A DNA stretch of 64,000 bases, taken from Octopus vulgaris (Eukaryota). Numbering within the stretch: position 1 is the first letter of the stretch; each line of letters starts with the position of its first letter. Of this stretch, positions 25,247 to 38,535 are shown piece after piece. Under the pieces are notes generated by a model that worked only from the letters and a program-made list of their open reading frames with translations, was not told the DNA's origin and did not search any database. The position numbers and the translations under genes are program-made. The stretch spans positions 26,350,001 through 26,414,000 of the forward strand of contig OX597832.1 in NCBI GenBank assembly GCA_951406725.2, read 5' to 3'.

Positions 25247-28007
25247 CTACAAAGAAACGGAAAAAATAAAAGTAATTTTCAAAAAATGAAAATGAAGAAA
25301 AGGAAATAATTTTCTACAGTTAACGATAACGATGTTTAATTGTTTGAAATCATGTATGTGTGTGTGTGTGTGTGTGCGTGTGTGTGTGTAATGTCCTCGC
25401 CCTCCTCTCTCCCCAGCAAATGTAGCTTTGCATGTCCTCCGCAAGACTGAACTCTGACCTTTCAGCCCTGGCATAAAGCCACCAGTCATCTCAAAACTAC
25501 TGTAACAGATCCCTTTTTTTCTTTTTGTGCATTGGAAAGGTGAGGTCAGTTATACCATGGTTTTTACAGCTGGATGCCCTTCCAAATGCCAGCCCCTTTA
25601 CAGTGTGGACTGGAGGCGTTTTGAGTGGCGCCATTCACTGGATAAAATCTCGGTTTGTGCAAATGATCAAACTATGGCTTAACAGCAGTTTGAGATACAT
25701 ATGTGGCAAAATGCAGGATCGAATCCAATGCTATATACTACACCCCCCAGCTAAAGTGAGATGGGGGGGTTGCTATTTATTTGGTGACACTGTTGGTGCC
25801 AAAGCCATGTAAAAAGCACCTGGGACACAGTGTAAAGCAGTTGGCATTAGAAAGGGAATCCATGCCAAAAAAAAAAGCGCTTTGTGTGGTCCTCTGGCTT
25901 ACCAGATCATGTCAAGCCATCTAACCCATGCCAGCATGAAAGGTAGAGGTTAAATATTGATGATGATGGTGATGATGAAAGTAATGTGCGTGTGTGTGCT
26001 GGGGGCACGTAAAAAACCCCATTCAAGCATTATCATTACCTGCATCGCCTTACTAGCACTTGAACTGGTGGCACGTAAAAAAAAACATTCGAGTGAGGTC
26101 GTTGCTAGTGCCGCTGGACTGGCTCCTGTGCAAGTGGCACGTAAAAAAAGCACCATTTGAGCATGGCCGTTGCCAGTACCGTCTGACTGACCCTAGTGCC
26201 GGTGGCACGTAAACGCACCAACTACACTCTCGGAGTGGTTGGTGTTAGGAAGGGCATCCAGCTGTAGAAACTCTGCCAGATCAAGATTTGAGCCTGGTAC
26301 AGCCATCTGGATTGCCAGACCTCAGTCAAATCGTCCAACTCATGCTAGCATGGAAAGTGGACGTTAAACGATGATGATGATGATGTGTGTGTACGAAAAC
26401 GAGCTAACAGAATGAACTGAGAGAGGCCACCGACATAAATTCAGAAAGCAAAGATAAATAAAGTTATATTAAACACTAGATAAATCTTAAATCTTTATTT
26501 ATCGAAAAATACCTCTGCTTTGTGAGAAGGTAAGTAAAACACCCAGTGATAATTGCAAATGCAAAGGGGGGCATAATTGCCAGAATCAAAAATCCTCCAG
26601 AATTTTTCAGATATGAATAAGTAACTCAGTTGATCAAACTCTGGGATTAAAAACAAAAAGTTTTAAAAGGGGTAATAAAGTTCATAAAGGGGAGGTAACT
26701 CACTAAAGGGACATAACTCAGTTGAACATTTTAGCCATCCTATAACTGCCGACATACAAGTCACAGCAGTATATAAGTGTAAGCATTCAAATATTATGGC
26801 TATCTTTCCGAAACCTGCTGCATTTCACATGGAACTTTGGGTTCTGCACGCCATTTTAGCGTATAAATCGACCTGCTTGTTTCTGGCTGCAAATTTTGGT
26901 CTGCAAAATTCGACTTGTATGCCAGAAAATACGGTAATGGTTGATAAATCAAGGACCAGATTATGCAGGTGATATAAGCTCATAGACTCGAAGGAAATGG
27001 CCCAGCAAGATCGCAATTCAATCACCACCAGCAGTAATAGTATAAAAGAGTAAGTATATAGGAAACTAAACGTAGCATTAGGTATTAAAGAGGAGGGAAG
27101 CGTGTGCTGCCTTTTGGTAAAAACCATTGTTTCGAACTGTTAATTTTTATACAACACGAATAACACTCCATGAATTGGTTTGTAAAGGATTCGAGCAAAT
27201 TGTTGGAGGGAGGGGAAGAGGAGTGAAGAGCGGGAGGAAGGAGGAAGAGGGCGAAGAGTGGGAGGAAGAGGTAGAAGAGTGGGAGGAAGCTAGAGTGATG
27301 AGAGGAAGGAGGAAGAGTGGGAGGAAGTGGGCGAAGAGTGGGAGGAAGAAAGTGATGAGAGGGAGGAAGAGGTAGAAGAGTGGGAGGAAGAAGCTGATGA
27401 GCAGGAAGGAGGAAGAGAGAAGAGTGGCAGGAAGAGATAGAAGAGTGGGAGGAAGGAGGAAGTGGGCGAAGAGTGGGAGAAAAAGTGATTAGAAGGAAGG
27501 AAGAAGAGTAGAAGGAAGAGAGAGTGATGAGCTGGAAGGAGGAAAAGAAAGGACCGGGAGGAAGAGAGAGAAGAGTGATAGGAAGAAGGTGAAGAGTGGG
27601 AGGAAAAGAGAGTGATGAGTGGGAAGAGGGAGAAGTGGGCGGAGGTAGGAGTATGAGTGCAGGCAGAAAGAAGAAGTAAAGCAACAACAGTAATGACATA
27701 GAAGAATGCTTCACACAGAGACTTCTTTCTTATTGGGTTTTTGTGTGCAAAAATGGAATCGGGAGAGGAGGAGCAGGGGGGGGGGGTGCATGCAGTGGGG
27801 AGGAGTGAGACAGGCATGTGTCAGTGGGGATATCCGCGCGCACGCGATGTGTGTGCCTATGTGTGCGCGCACACACACACACACGCATGCATGCATATAT
27901 GTATCTACACACAGAGTATAAAACACAGATACCTGTAGATAATCATGTTGTGTGTCTGTATGGATAAATAGATAAAGTGTATGTGTATGTGTATGTATAT
28001 ATATATA

Positions 28008-28223
28008 TATTTCTTTACTACCCACAAGGGGCTAAACACAGAGGGGACAAACAAGGACAGACAAAGGGATTACGTCGACTACATCAACCCCAGTGCGTAA
28101 CTGGTACTTAATTTATCGACCCCGAAAGGATGAAAGGCAAAGTCGACCTCGGCGGAATTTGAACTCGGAACGTAACGACAGATGAATTTCGCCTGGCGTG
28201 CTAACGTTTCTACCAGCTCGCCG

Positions 28224-28226
<3 letters not shown>
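28008..28226 (-). mobile_element. tRNA-derived SINE family C
   Basis: GGCGGCGAGCTGGTAGAAACGTTAGC...GAGTTCAAATTCC...GCCTTTCATCCTTTCGGGGTCGATAAA. Copies at 43567-43786 (+) and 54027-54249 (-). Confidence 0.85.
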
Positions 28227-28309
<83 letters not shown>

Positions 28310-28339
28310 GCACACACATACATATATATATTCACATAT

Positions 28340-28370
<31 letters not shown>

Positions 28371-28759
28371 CACACACACACATACATACATACATTTGTA
28401 CACATTCTGCTGCTGCCACACTGTGCCATTCGCAGTCAGAACACATGTTCGTTCGTTCGTCCATTCACCTGTCAGCAGACAACATCCCATCCATTCCAAA
28501 GAACAGAACTTCAGGAGGGAAACCTTGCCAGTTGAACACCACAACCAAACACTTCCCTCCCTCCCACCCTCACAGTCAAGCCCAGCCTCATCCTCACACT
28601 TGGCTTCCGTTTGGTGACATCCAAATCCATCTCCATACAAGACAACATGTCAATGTAACAGACCAAACTTAGAAACCAACATGGCAAGATGAAGCCATAA
28701 TAGGAACATTTCTTCTTTCATTTTTGTGCCTGTCAGAGAAAATTCCCACACACCAAAAC

Positions 28760-29252
28760 CTTCTCCTTCTCCGTGTTCTTCTTCTCCTTCTCCTTGTATT
28801 TCTCCTTTTCTTCTTCTCCTTCTACTTCTTTTTCTATTTCTTCTTCTTCTTCCTCTCCTTTTTCTTATTCTCCTTCTCCTTTTTCTCCTATTTCTTCTTC
28901 TCCTTTTTCTTCTCCTTTTTCTTCTTCTCCTTTCTCTTCTCCTTTTTCTCCTTCTATTTCTTCTTCTTCCTCTCCTATTTCTTCTCCTTTTTCTTCTTCT
29001 TCTCCTCCTTTCTCTTCTTCTCCTTTTTCTTCTTCTCCTTCTCCTTTCTCTTCTATTTCTTCTTCTTCCTCTCCTATTTCTTCTCCTTTTTCTCCTATTT
29101 CTTCTTCTTCCTCTCCTATTTCTTCTCCTTCATCTACTTCTCCTTCATCTACTTCCCTTTCTTCTCCTTCATCTACATCTCCGTCATCTACTTCCCTTTC
29201 TTCTACTTCTTTTTATTCTATTTCCTCTTCTTCCTCTCCTTCTCCTTCTTCC
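28760..29252. repeat. (CTT/CCT)n polypyrimidine array; polypurine counterparts at 27205-27680 and 49630-50215
   Basis: Directly visible. Confidence 0.9.
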
Positions 29253-30559
29253 AATGCTATAATAATGGCATTTGTTTTCTGTCTCCATCTTTCTTTAGTA
29301 CTACAGAAGCTAGTATACTCAACCTTTATTTTTTACTCGTTTCTGTCATTATTACGCTGTGGCCATGCTGGGGCACTGTCTTGAGGAATATCTGTCAAAC
29401 GGATCAACCCACAGATTCATATATGTATACATACACATACATACATATATGTATACATACATATACGTACATATATATGTATACATATACATACATATAT
29501 ATGTATACATACATATACATACATATACGTACATATATATGTATACATACATATACGTATTTATATGTATACATACATATACATACATATACGTACATAC
29601 ATATGTATACATACATATACATACATATATATATATATATATGTATGTATATACACATACATACATGACAGGCTTATTTCAGTTTCCGTCTACCACAATC
29701 ACTGACAAGGCTTTGGTCAGCCTAGGGCTATAATAGAAGACATGTGCCCAAGATGCTATGCAGTGGGACTGAACCCAAAACCATGTGGTTGGAAACCAAA
29801 CCTCTTACCACACAACCACTTTAAGTTAGAGCTTTAACTTAACTAATGAACAGAGTAATATAAAGTTGATCAGAAATAATTATACGACCCCCCCACCCTC
29901 CACACTGATCCACCTCTTGCTATCCCTCACACTCTCACCTCAACTCTTTATTGCACAGGTGTCACAATAAATTACCTTGAGTGTACTCAATTAAATAGAA
30001 GGAAGGAATCTAGATGATTCCTAATCTTGTCAGAAACATGACAACCCCACCAGTGCTGGTGCCACATAAACATGCACCAGGTTGCATGCTTTTCAAGCCC
30101 CAGCACTCGTGGGAGTTGAGAGAAGCCCTTAGTTTTTGTCAAAGACAAGGCTTCTTGACTGCTGGCACTATGACAAAATGCACCCAGTACACTCTGGAGA
30201 ATAATTGGAGTTAGGGAAGAGGCGTCCAACTTTAAAAGGGAGCAAGCTAAAAATAAGTAAATGGATGACACATCACAGTTTCAACTCTTGGCCAATTATG
30301 CACAACACACTGCCCTCTGGTCATCATCATCATCATCCCCACCACCACCTACATCATCAGCAGCACTTTGATCATCATTATCATCATCACAATCACTACT
30401 GCCACTACAATTATTATTATTATTATTATTATTATCATCATCATAATTTTCCAACTTTCTGGACTTCATATTTTAGTATTTTGAAATCCTCAAAACAAAC
30501 ACAATTTCAAAATTTTCTTTATGGAAAGAGAGAGGGGTGGGGGGCATGGGAGGATGAGG

Positions 30560-30708
30560 GGGGAGGGAGACGGTGGGGAGGAGGGGAGACAGTGAGGGAG
30601 GAGGGGAGACGGTGAGGGAGGAGGGGAGACGGTGAGGGAGGAGGGGGAGTCAGTGAGGGAGGAGGGGGAGTCAGTGAGGGAGGAGGGGAGACGGTGAGGG
30701 AGGAGGTG
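30560..30708 (+). repeat. 20-21-bp G-rich minisatellite (GGTGAGGGAGGAGGGG(G)AGAC), about 7 units
   Basis: Directly visible. Confidence 0.85.
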
Positions 30709-30889
30709 GACGAGTGAGAAAGGTAGAGACAGAGGGAAGAGAGAGATGAAGGTGAAAGAAGAGAGAGAGAGAGAGAGAGAGGGCAAAGGCAAAAGAAAGA
30801 GAGAGAGGGATAAGGAGAAAGTGAAAGAAGCGAGAGAGAGAGAGAGAGAGAGAGAGGGGTGAAAGGGGTCTGGTAATATTGAGACTCAC

Positions 30890-31150
30890 CTCGCCCTGTT
30901 GCCGTTCTTCATGTCGAAGAATGTCAGAAGATAAGTCAGAAGGTGAATCACTGGGGTCACGGTCTGGTGGTTTACTAACATACTGTACAGTTGCCGTGGA
31001 TGGCTGAAGCGGCAACTGCAGCTGCTGTTGCTGCTGCTGCTGCTGGAGTTCTTTCTGAAGACGGTAGATTTCTTTCTCATTTGATTCCGTCTGGTTATGG
31101 AGCAAAGCAAGAGTTTTATTGTGGTCCACCTTAAGAAACTTTATCTGATC
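30890..31150 (-). CDS. GCC2: GCC2 exon: DQIKFLKVDHNKTL...ELQQQQQQQQLQLP...RHEERQQGE
   Basis: ctttcag/gtgagt boundaries, 261 nt, phase 0. Confidence 0.93.
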
Positions 31151-31175
31151 CTGAAAGAGATAAAAGTAAAAATAC

Positions 31176-31223
<48 letters not shown>

Positions 31224-31413
31224 TACATGATGAAACACTTGTAAATTGATGTAGTAAAAAGACTTGCTCACTCTGTTCTACTTTTTTTGTTATTATATAT
31301 GTGTGTGTGTTGTGTGTGTGTGTGTATAATAATAATAATAATAAAATTAGGGAATATTATTCCAAACTTACAGGGAAAAATTCAATTTAGAAATACTAAA
31401 TCAAATTTCACAA

Positions 31414-31475
<62 letters not shown>

Positions 31476-31508
31476 TAGAAGACCCAATGCAAAAATGAAG
31501 GAGAAATA

Positions 31509-32046
31509 CAAGGGTGAGTCAAAAAGTAATGCCGTTTTGTTTAGGACAGGTATAATTACCAACACAGGAACATGTACCATACATCAAAATGAAGCTGGTC
31601 CTTTGGATGGATCACAACATAGTTACTGTTTCTCTCAATAGCAATGTTCCACCTTCGAATGAGAGCATGTATCCCTGCCCCGTAAAATTCTGTTGACTGT
31701 TCTTTGAGCCACTTCTTCACTACAGTTTTCACTTCCTCGTCACGGGAATAATATTTGCCTCTCAAACCCTCTTTAATGAGGCCAAAGAGATGATAGCCCA
31801 GTGACGAGGAAGTGAAAACTGTAGTGAAGAAGTGGCTCAAAGAACAGTCAACAGAATTTTACGGAGCAGGGATACATGCTCTCATTCGAAGGTGGAACAT
31901 TGCTATTGAGAGAAACGGTGACTATGTTGAGAAGTAGGGATGTAATCCACAGAGGACCAGCTTCATTTTGGTGTATGATACATGTTCCTGTGTTGGTAAT
32001 TATACCTGTCCTAAACAAAATGGCATCACTTTTTGACTCACCCTCA
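31509..32046. mobile_element. Palindromic mariner derivative made of two inverted 3' ends
   Basis: TA flanks and ~235-bp arms. Each arm encodes DEEVKTVVKKWLKEQSTEFY..GIHALIRRWNIAIERN, a mariner transposase C-terminus. Confidence 0.9.
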
Positions 32047-32110
32047 TAGTTTTAAAAAGAAATATTATAAAAAGAAGATGCAATAAATAATTGAAGAGGG
32101 AATGGTCTAC

Positions 32111-32213
32111 CTTGAATTGAGATGTCAGTAATTCATTCTGATACGTTAGCTGTTGGATAGTTTCGGTCAGTTCCATTGACTTGGAGGAATTCTGCTTATT
32201 TAGGTTTTCTAGG
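32111..32213 (-). CDS. GCC2: GCC2 exon: (N)LENLNKQNSSKSMELTETIQQLTYQNELLTSQFK
   Basis: ttttag/gtagac boundaries, 103 nt, phase 2 to 0, QLT.QNE.L motif. Confidence 0.92.
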
Positions 32214-32315
32214 CTAAAAGACAAAATGAAATACAATAAATAGGTGTGAATTGTTTTAAGCGGTCACCTTCAGACCATTCCAAATTCAAATAATTAACCA
32301 GGACTATCACACATA

Positions 32316-32695
32316 CACTACCATCAGAAATTAATTAGCACCCTTGATTTGCTCTTCACTCAAGGTATGTGCTGTCACCTAGTGGCCATATCTCAAACTA
32401 TTGCTTTGTTGCGAGTTCACTGTTGCGCAGAACGATGACGTAACTTTGTTTGCAGAGCAGTTTGAGAGTCTACAGCCTTATGATGTTGACATAGCAGTGC
32501 AACAACAACTTGGAGTGCGGATGCAGACAAATCTTCCTTTGTTTAATAGATATAGGTAGCGCCTCGCAAGGACCGAAATCACACCATACTAAGTTTTCTC
32601 ATCGCGTAAGACGTTTTGAACAGCTCATAGGTTAATTGATTTAACCTATTTAATGTAGAAATTTGAGAAGTGCTAATTAATTTCTGACGCAAGTG
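32316..32695. mobile_element. Tc1-like MITE
   Basis: TA|CACT....TCAGAAATTAATTAGCAC ... GTGCTAATTAATTTCTGA....AGTG|TA. Confidence 0.72.
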
Positions 32696-32757
32696 TACAC
32701 ACACAAGCAGACAATTAGACACACAGACATGGAGAAGGTAACTGTACAGACACTAAC

Positions 32758-32880
32758 TTAGCTTTAAATAGGGTCTCCCTGTCCTGGAAGTCTTCGAGGA
32801 GTTTATTGTGGCGCATCAGTAAGCGGTCGTGCTCTTCTTGGAGAGTTTCAATCTCTTGACGTGACTCAGACCAACTGGCG
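32758..32880 (-). CDS. GCC2: GCC2 exon: (N)ASWSESRQEIETLQEEHDRLLMRHNKLLEDFQDRETLFKA
   Basis: ttttcag/gttagt boundaries, 123 nt, TLQ.EHD.LL.RHNK motif. Confidence 0.94.
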
Positions 32881-32899
32881 CTGAAAAAACAAACAAGTA

Positions 32900-33537
32900 T
32901 ATTTATTATGGTAGTTTTGACTGTAAGAGTCCCTCCTAGTGAGGCATTCATGTATAGTAATGCCCTTAATATAAATAAATCATATTTAAGAGGAATAATT
33001 GATGGATTTTTCCCTTATGAGGTTTTTCATGCTAACTACTTGATAAAATTCTTATAAAGACTTCATCCTATTTTTCAATTGTAAATTTATCCGGAATATA
33101 TTCAGTGCTGAATTTTATTCTGAATAAACATGTGTACCGAGATGCAATTCGAAAAGCCCGCCTATTACATAGATGTGTAATAGGTGAACAATACTATATG
33201 CTACGTTGGATACATTGGGTGTTCATATGGTATGTTGATTTTTGTTCATTTTTATGTATCTTGAATTATGCTTACACTGACGATTAAAAAGTGCATTTTG
33301 TGCACTAATCATGAAATCATATGATATGCAGCTGAATTCTGTTTTTAAAATGCTCGCTTCGAGAGTTGCATTCCCTCAAGTTCAGTACAATGTGTTTATT
33401 TATTATGGTAGTTTTGACTTTAAGAGTCCCTCCTAGCATGAGGCATTTATGTATAGTAATGCCCTTAATATAAATATATTTAAGAGGAATAATTGATGGA
33501 TTTTTCCCTTATGAGGTTTTTCATGCTAACTACTTGG
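32900..33537 (+). mobile_element. ~140-bp direct repeats flanking ~355 bp that contains a hammerhead-like motif
   Basis: 32900-33042 is nearly identical to 33397-33537. CTGACGA...GAAATCATATGATA at 33277-33326. Confidence 0.65.
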
Positions 33538-34674
33538 TGGGTGGGTGGGTGGGTGGGTGAGTAGGTGAGTGAGTGATTGGATGGGTGAGTGGGTGGGTGA
33601 GTGAGTGAGTGAGTGAGTAGGTGGGTGAGGTGAGTGAATGAGTGAGTGGGTGGATGAGTGAAGTGAATGTTGAATGTTTGAGCCACGACAACTAAAGAAT
33701 TTTACAATTGTCTAAAGTGGATCCTCTTTATAGTCACTTGACATTTTGGAATAAACAAAAGACATTTGGTGACATTTGGGGCTGAAATCCAAGCAGACAA
33801 TCAAGGTAATTGCTCAACGTATTGGTCCAGTTAACAACGAGTCTGTCCTCTAATTAAATGTTCCTGCTCTGCTGACTGATTGCTTTTTCAACGGTGATTG
33901 GTATTTCAGCTAATTGTTCGTTAGGCAACTAGCCCATACCTATAACATAACACACACACACACACACATGCACAAATAGATTGTATCATACAAACACACT
34001 AAAGAAGACATACACATACATATTGGATATACATACACACAATCATATGTATGATATACATATTATACATGTGTGTGTATGTGTGTATATATATAAATAT
34101 ATGTAAATATATGCACAAACATACATACATACATACATACATACATACATACATACACACATACATACATACATACATAGACATACATACATACATACAT
34201 ACATAGACAGACAGACAGAGAAAGATAGACAAACAGACAGAAAGATAGATAGATAGATCGACAGACAGACAGAAAGATAGATAGACAGACAGACAGACAG
34301 ACAAGTAGTCATTCAGACAGATTGATTGACAGACAGATAGAAAAATAGAGAGACACACACATTTATAATTACAGACATGGCTGTGTGGTTAAGAAATTCA
34401 CATCCCAACATGGTGTTGGATTCAGACCGCGTGCGTGTGTGTGTGTGAAGGTGTATAGTCTATGGGTTAGAATGTTGCAGTCATGATGATGAAATTCCTT
34501 AAAGAAGGAAATAAGCAATGGGGTTGGTCCAGTTGTTTAAAAAATCCTTCAAAGCATTGCTCCAGCATGGTCACAATCTAATTACTAAAACAGGTAAAAA
34601 GGAACAGACAAAACATACATGCACACACACATACATGTATATATGCAGAAAAAAAAACAAAGGATTTTACTCAC

Positions 34675-34728
34675 TTCAGTTCTTGAATTTTAGTTTTAAG
34701 TTGTTCAATATATCTGTCTTGTTGTTCT
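34675..34728 (-). CDS. GCC2: GCC2 exon: (R)EQQDRYIEQLKTKIQEL
   Basis: caccag/gtgagt boundaries, 54 nt, phase 2 to 2. Confidence 0.9.
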
Positions 34729-34815
34729 CTGGTGTAATAAAGATATAAAATGGTAAAAAAATATAAATAAAAGCAGAGTAATAAAACAAATTTTTTAATA
34801 TATATATATACATAT

Positions 34816-35225
34816 GCGCAGGAGTGGCTGTGTGGTAAGTAGCTTGCTAATCAACCACATGGTTCCAGGTTCAGTCCTACTGCGTGGCATCTTGGGCAAG
34901 TGTCTTCTGCTATAGCCCCGGGCCAACCAATGCCTTGTGAGTGGATTTGGTAGACGGAAATTGAAAGAAGCCTGTCGTATATATGTATATATATATATAA
35001 GTGTGTGTGTATATGTATGTGTGTGTGTGTTTGTCCCCCTAGCATTGCTTGACAACCGATGCTGGTGTGTTTACGTCCCCGTCACTTAGCGGTTCGGCAA
35101 AAGAGACCGATAGAATAAGTACTGGGCTTACAAAGAATAAGTCCCGGGGTCGAGTTGCTCGACTAAAGGCAGTGCTCCAGCATGGCCGCAGTCAAATGAC
35201 TGAAACAAGTAAAAGAGTAAAAGAG
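34816..35225 (+). mobile_element. SINE family A, full length (internally deleted copy 36102-36424; minus copy 43810-44190)
   Basis: Nearly identical to 18602-19000. Confidence 0.88.
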
Positions 35226-35497
35226 TATATATATATACTCTACCACCTGTATTGTGTGTAATTCTTCTGTTTAATGTAGAAATGTTTTTTATTATAACAT
35301 AGAAATGAACACATATATATATATAGAGAGAGAGAGACATTTCGTTTTATGTTATAACAGTTTTATATATAGAAATAAAAACATTTTGACATTAAACAGT
35401 GAAATTACTCAATACAGGTGGTAGAGTACAAATTAATAACTTTAACCAGAATAGTATTGACAGTGACTCCAAAGTTTTGGCTGCTAGTCTGTTGATG

Positions 35498-35531
<34 letters not shown>

Positions 35532-35578
35532 GCATGCCACCGAATGCTCTGTATATTGTATACACCAACGCTACTTAA

Positions 35579-35799
35579 CCCTTTAGTGTTCAGATTATTC
35601 TGTTAAATGTAATACTTTTTCACTCAAATTGTTTTGAATTAATCATGCATTATGTTATAGCTTTGAGGTTTCAATGATGTGAATGTTTATTTTTAGAATG
35701 TCACTGTAGGTTAGGTGTGAGAGGCTGGATATCGCCAGTTTGAATATAAAACATGTATAATATATTGGGCCGGATGTGGCCGGTTTAAACACTAAAGGG
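35579..35799. mobile_element. TTAA-flanked MITE family 2 (piggyBac-like); copies 45569-45788 and ~53672-53890
   Basis: TTAA|CCCTTTAGTGTT ... AACACTAAAGGG|TTAA. Confidence 0.8.
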
Positions 35800-35830
35800 T
35801 TAAAGTAATATCTAACATCAGCTGACTGAC

Positions 35831-35910
35831 CTTTCTTGCTTTTCAACAGAATTCACATCGCTAGAAGACATCTTGTCCTTCTGTTGTTTCAACACACTGT
35901 GGACTCGAAC
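35831..35910 (-). CDS. GCC2: GCC2 exon: VRVHSVLKQQKDKMSSSDVNSVEKQE
   Basis: tcacag/gtcagt boundaries, 80 nt, YK|VRVH.VLKQQK signature. Confidence 0.95.
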
Positions 35911-37137
35911 CTGTGAGGCGAAGAGAAAAGAAAACATCGGTCATTTGCACAGATGGAGGGACTTGCTTCTGGGGAATTTACCATTAAAGGGGAGATAATC
36001 ACTGCTAGGTTAAATTGAGTAAAAAAAGAGGAATATTTAATTTTTTGAATTTTTCTATTTTACATATTGCTTATTTGCATATTTTCAAAAAAAAAAAACA
36101 GTCGCAGGAGTGGCTGTGTGATAAGTAGCTTGCTAATTTGGTAGACGGAAACTGAAAGAAGCCTGTCGTATATATGTATATATATATAAGTGTGTGTGTA
36201 TATGTTTGTGTGTCTGTGTTTGTCCCCCTAGCATTGCTTGACAACCGATGCTGGTGTGTTTACGTATCTGTCACGTAGCGGTTCAGCAAAAGAGACCGAT
36301 AGAATAAGTACTGGGCTTACAAAGAATAAGTCCCGGGGTCGATTTGCTCGACTAAAGGCGGTGCTCCAGCATGGCCGCAGTCAAATGACTGAAACAAGTA
36401 AAAGAGTAAAAGAGTAAAGAGAGTGTAAGGCAACGATGGCAAAGTTGACCTCAACAGGATTTGAACTCAGAATGTAATAAATTGGAACTCATACCACATA
36501 GTATTTTGCCCTACAATAACAAGTTTGCAATTCTGTTGCCCTTTTGCTATTACTACCACCACAATCACTACTACTACCTCTACCACCACCACTACCACCA
36601 CTACTACCACTACTACTACCACCACTACCAACACCACTACTACTGTCACTACAACCACTACCACCACTACTACTACTACTACATTAGGTGATAAGAAATG
36701 ACAAATTGGTTGGTGGTAAATTCCGGATAATTAATCTCTAATTTGTGTGATTCTCCATGAAATAACGAAGTCATTCCAAATCAATGGAATTAGACGTCAT
36801 CTTGGTAAAAATGGCAAAAAGTAAAACAGGGAAATGTCACAATGAAGAATGGTAAGAAATATTTGAACAATAATTCCTTCTTGTCACAGACATAAACACA
36901 CACACACACACACTAAAGAGGTGACTTAAGCACACCTGTGGAGACAACACACATGAATATACACCACACACATGCTGACTAGCCAGGTGACATATATTCT
37001 ACTATGCAGACAATGCACACACATATACACACATATATACACACACACACATGCCAGTCAGGCAACATATGTGCAACTATGCAGCCAACACACATATATA
37101 CATACATGCATGCACGCACACATGTACGCATGCACGC

Positions 37138-37174
<37 letters not shown>

Positions 37175-37538
37175 TACATACATACATACATGCATGTACT
37201 CACATGAACTGCAGAGACTCACTAACACATACAGAAACTACACATATGCACAGAATCACACACACATACACACACATTACATATTATACACAGAAAATAC
37301 ACATCCATACATACAAAGATTGCACCAAAAACAATCACACACACACACACACACACAGAGAAACATATGCATACTGTGCAAATCACAGAAAATACACACA
37401 CAAACATACACAGGTGCACACACAAATACACACTACACACACATGTGCACACAAACACACACTACACAGATAACTTATACATACACAAATAAAGCACATG
37501 AATATAACCACACACATATACACACACACACCCACACC

Positions 37539-37579
<41 letters not shown>

Positions 37580-38315
37580 CCAAATGCACAAAGTGGAATT
37601 TCTCAACTTCAAACAAAACATTATTCCAATTTCTTCAGCTTAAGAACAAAAATGTCAAGGAGTTGGGGAAGGGGGATGGAGGGTGGGGGTCAGATCTGGC
37701 ACCGACAGAATCTACAGTCGAGATAACACAGACCTGATAAAAAAAAAAGATAATGGTTATAAGATTTGATATGTCTTGCAGCAGACAAATCTAATTTTAA
37801 GCAGCATTGCTTCAACCAATGTGAAAAGATACAAAATATAAACCTGAATTCCTGTTAAGTTGTCCCACACTGCTGTCTCTAAATTACTGGAGTGTTAACA
37901 GATTTGTTTCACTGCTGACACAGCACCACTAACTCTGTCCACTAAGATTTGGTGAATAAAGACAACGTTGTCCTAACATTTTTCTGTACATTCAGTGTTG
38001 ATAAAAAAAAATCTATATGTCATCATCATATCATCTTTTAAAATATGCCTTCCATGCTGGTATGGGTTGGACAGTTTGGCCGGATCTAACTGGTCCAAAG
38101 ACTGCATCATGCTCCAATTTTTTGGTTCCAGCACTAGTGAACTTGCCATGTGGCTCTCTATCTCTCAAGACTGACTAAGATCCTATTTTCATTTATCAAT
38201 GCACCAGTAATTGACTCATTAAACTAACACCCAAGAATGCATTGTAATATGTAAATCAGTCAATATTAAGCCCTTAACGACTCAAGTTCATAAACAGCAT
38301 CTCCCTGCATATTAA

Positions 38316-38535
38316 CCCTTTCGTTACTGTATTTATTTTGAGATGCTCTGTGTTTCTGTCAATTATTTTAGATATAACAAAGAATTTAGTAAAATAGCTT
38401 AGTTATCATTAAACTAGTGTTAGGAACGTAAATTGTGACTAAGGCTTGGTGGAAGATTTTAATTCAAAACTTGTGGAAACAAGACATTTTACCACAGAGC
38501 CAGAGCCGGTTTTGGCTGGGTTGGTAATGAAAGGG
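38316..38535. mobile_element. TTAA-flanked MITE family 1 (piggyBac-like); copies 58066-58286 and 63738-63959
   Basis: TTAA|CCCTTTCGTTAC ... GTAATGAAAGGG|TTAA. Confidence 0.82.

Noticed and set aside
28724-29668. 314-aa F/S-rich 'membrane' ORF and similar YI/CV/LS/ER ORFs across the window
   Set aside because: Translations of simple repeats.
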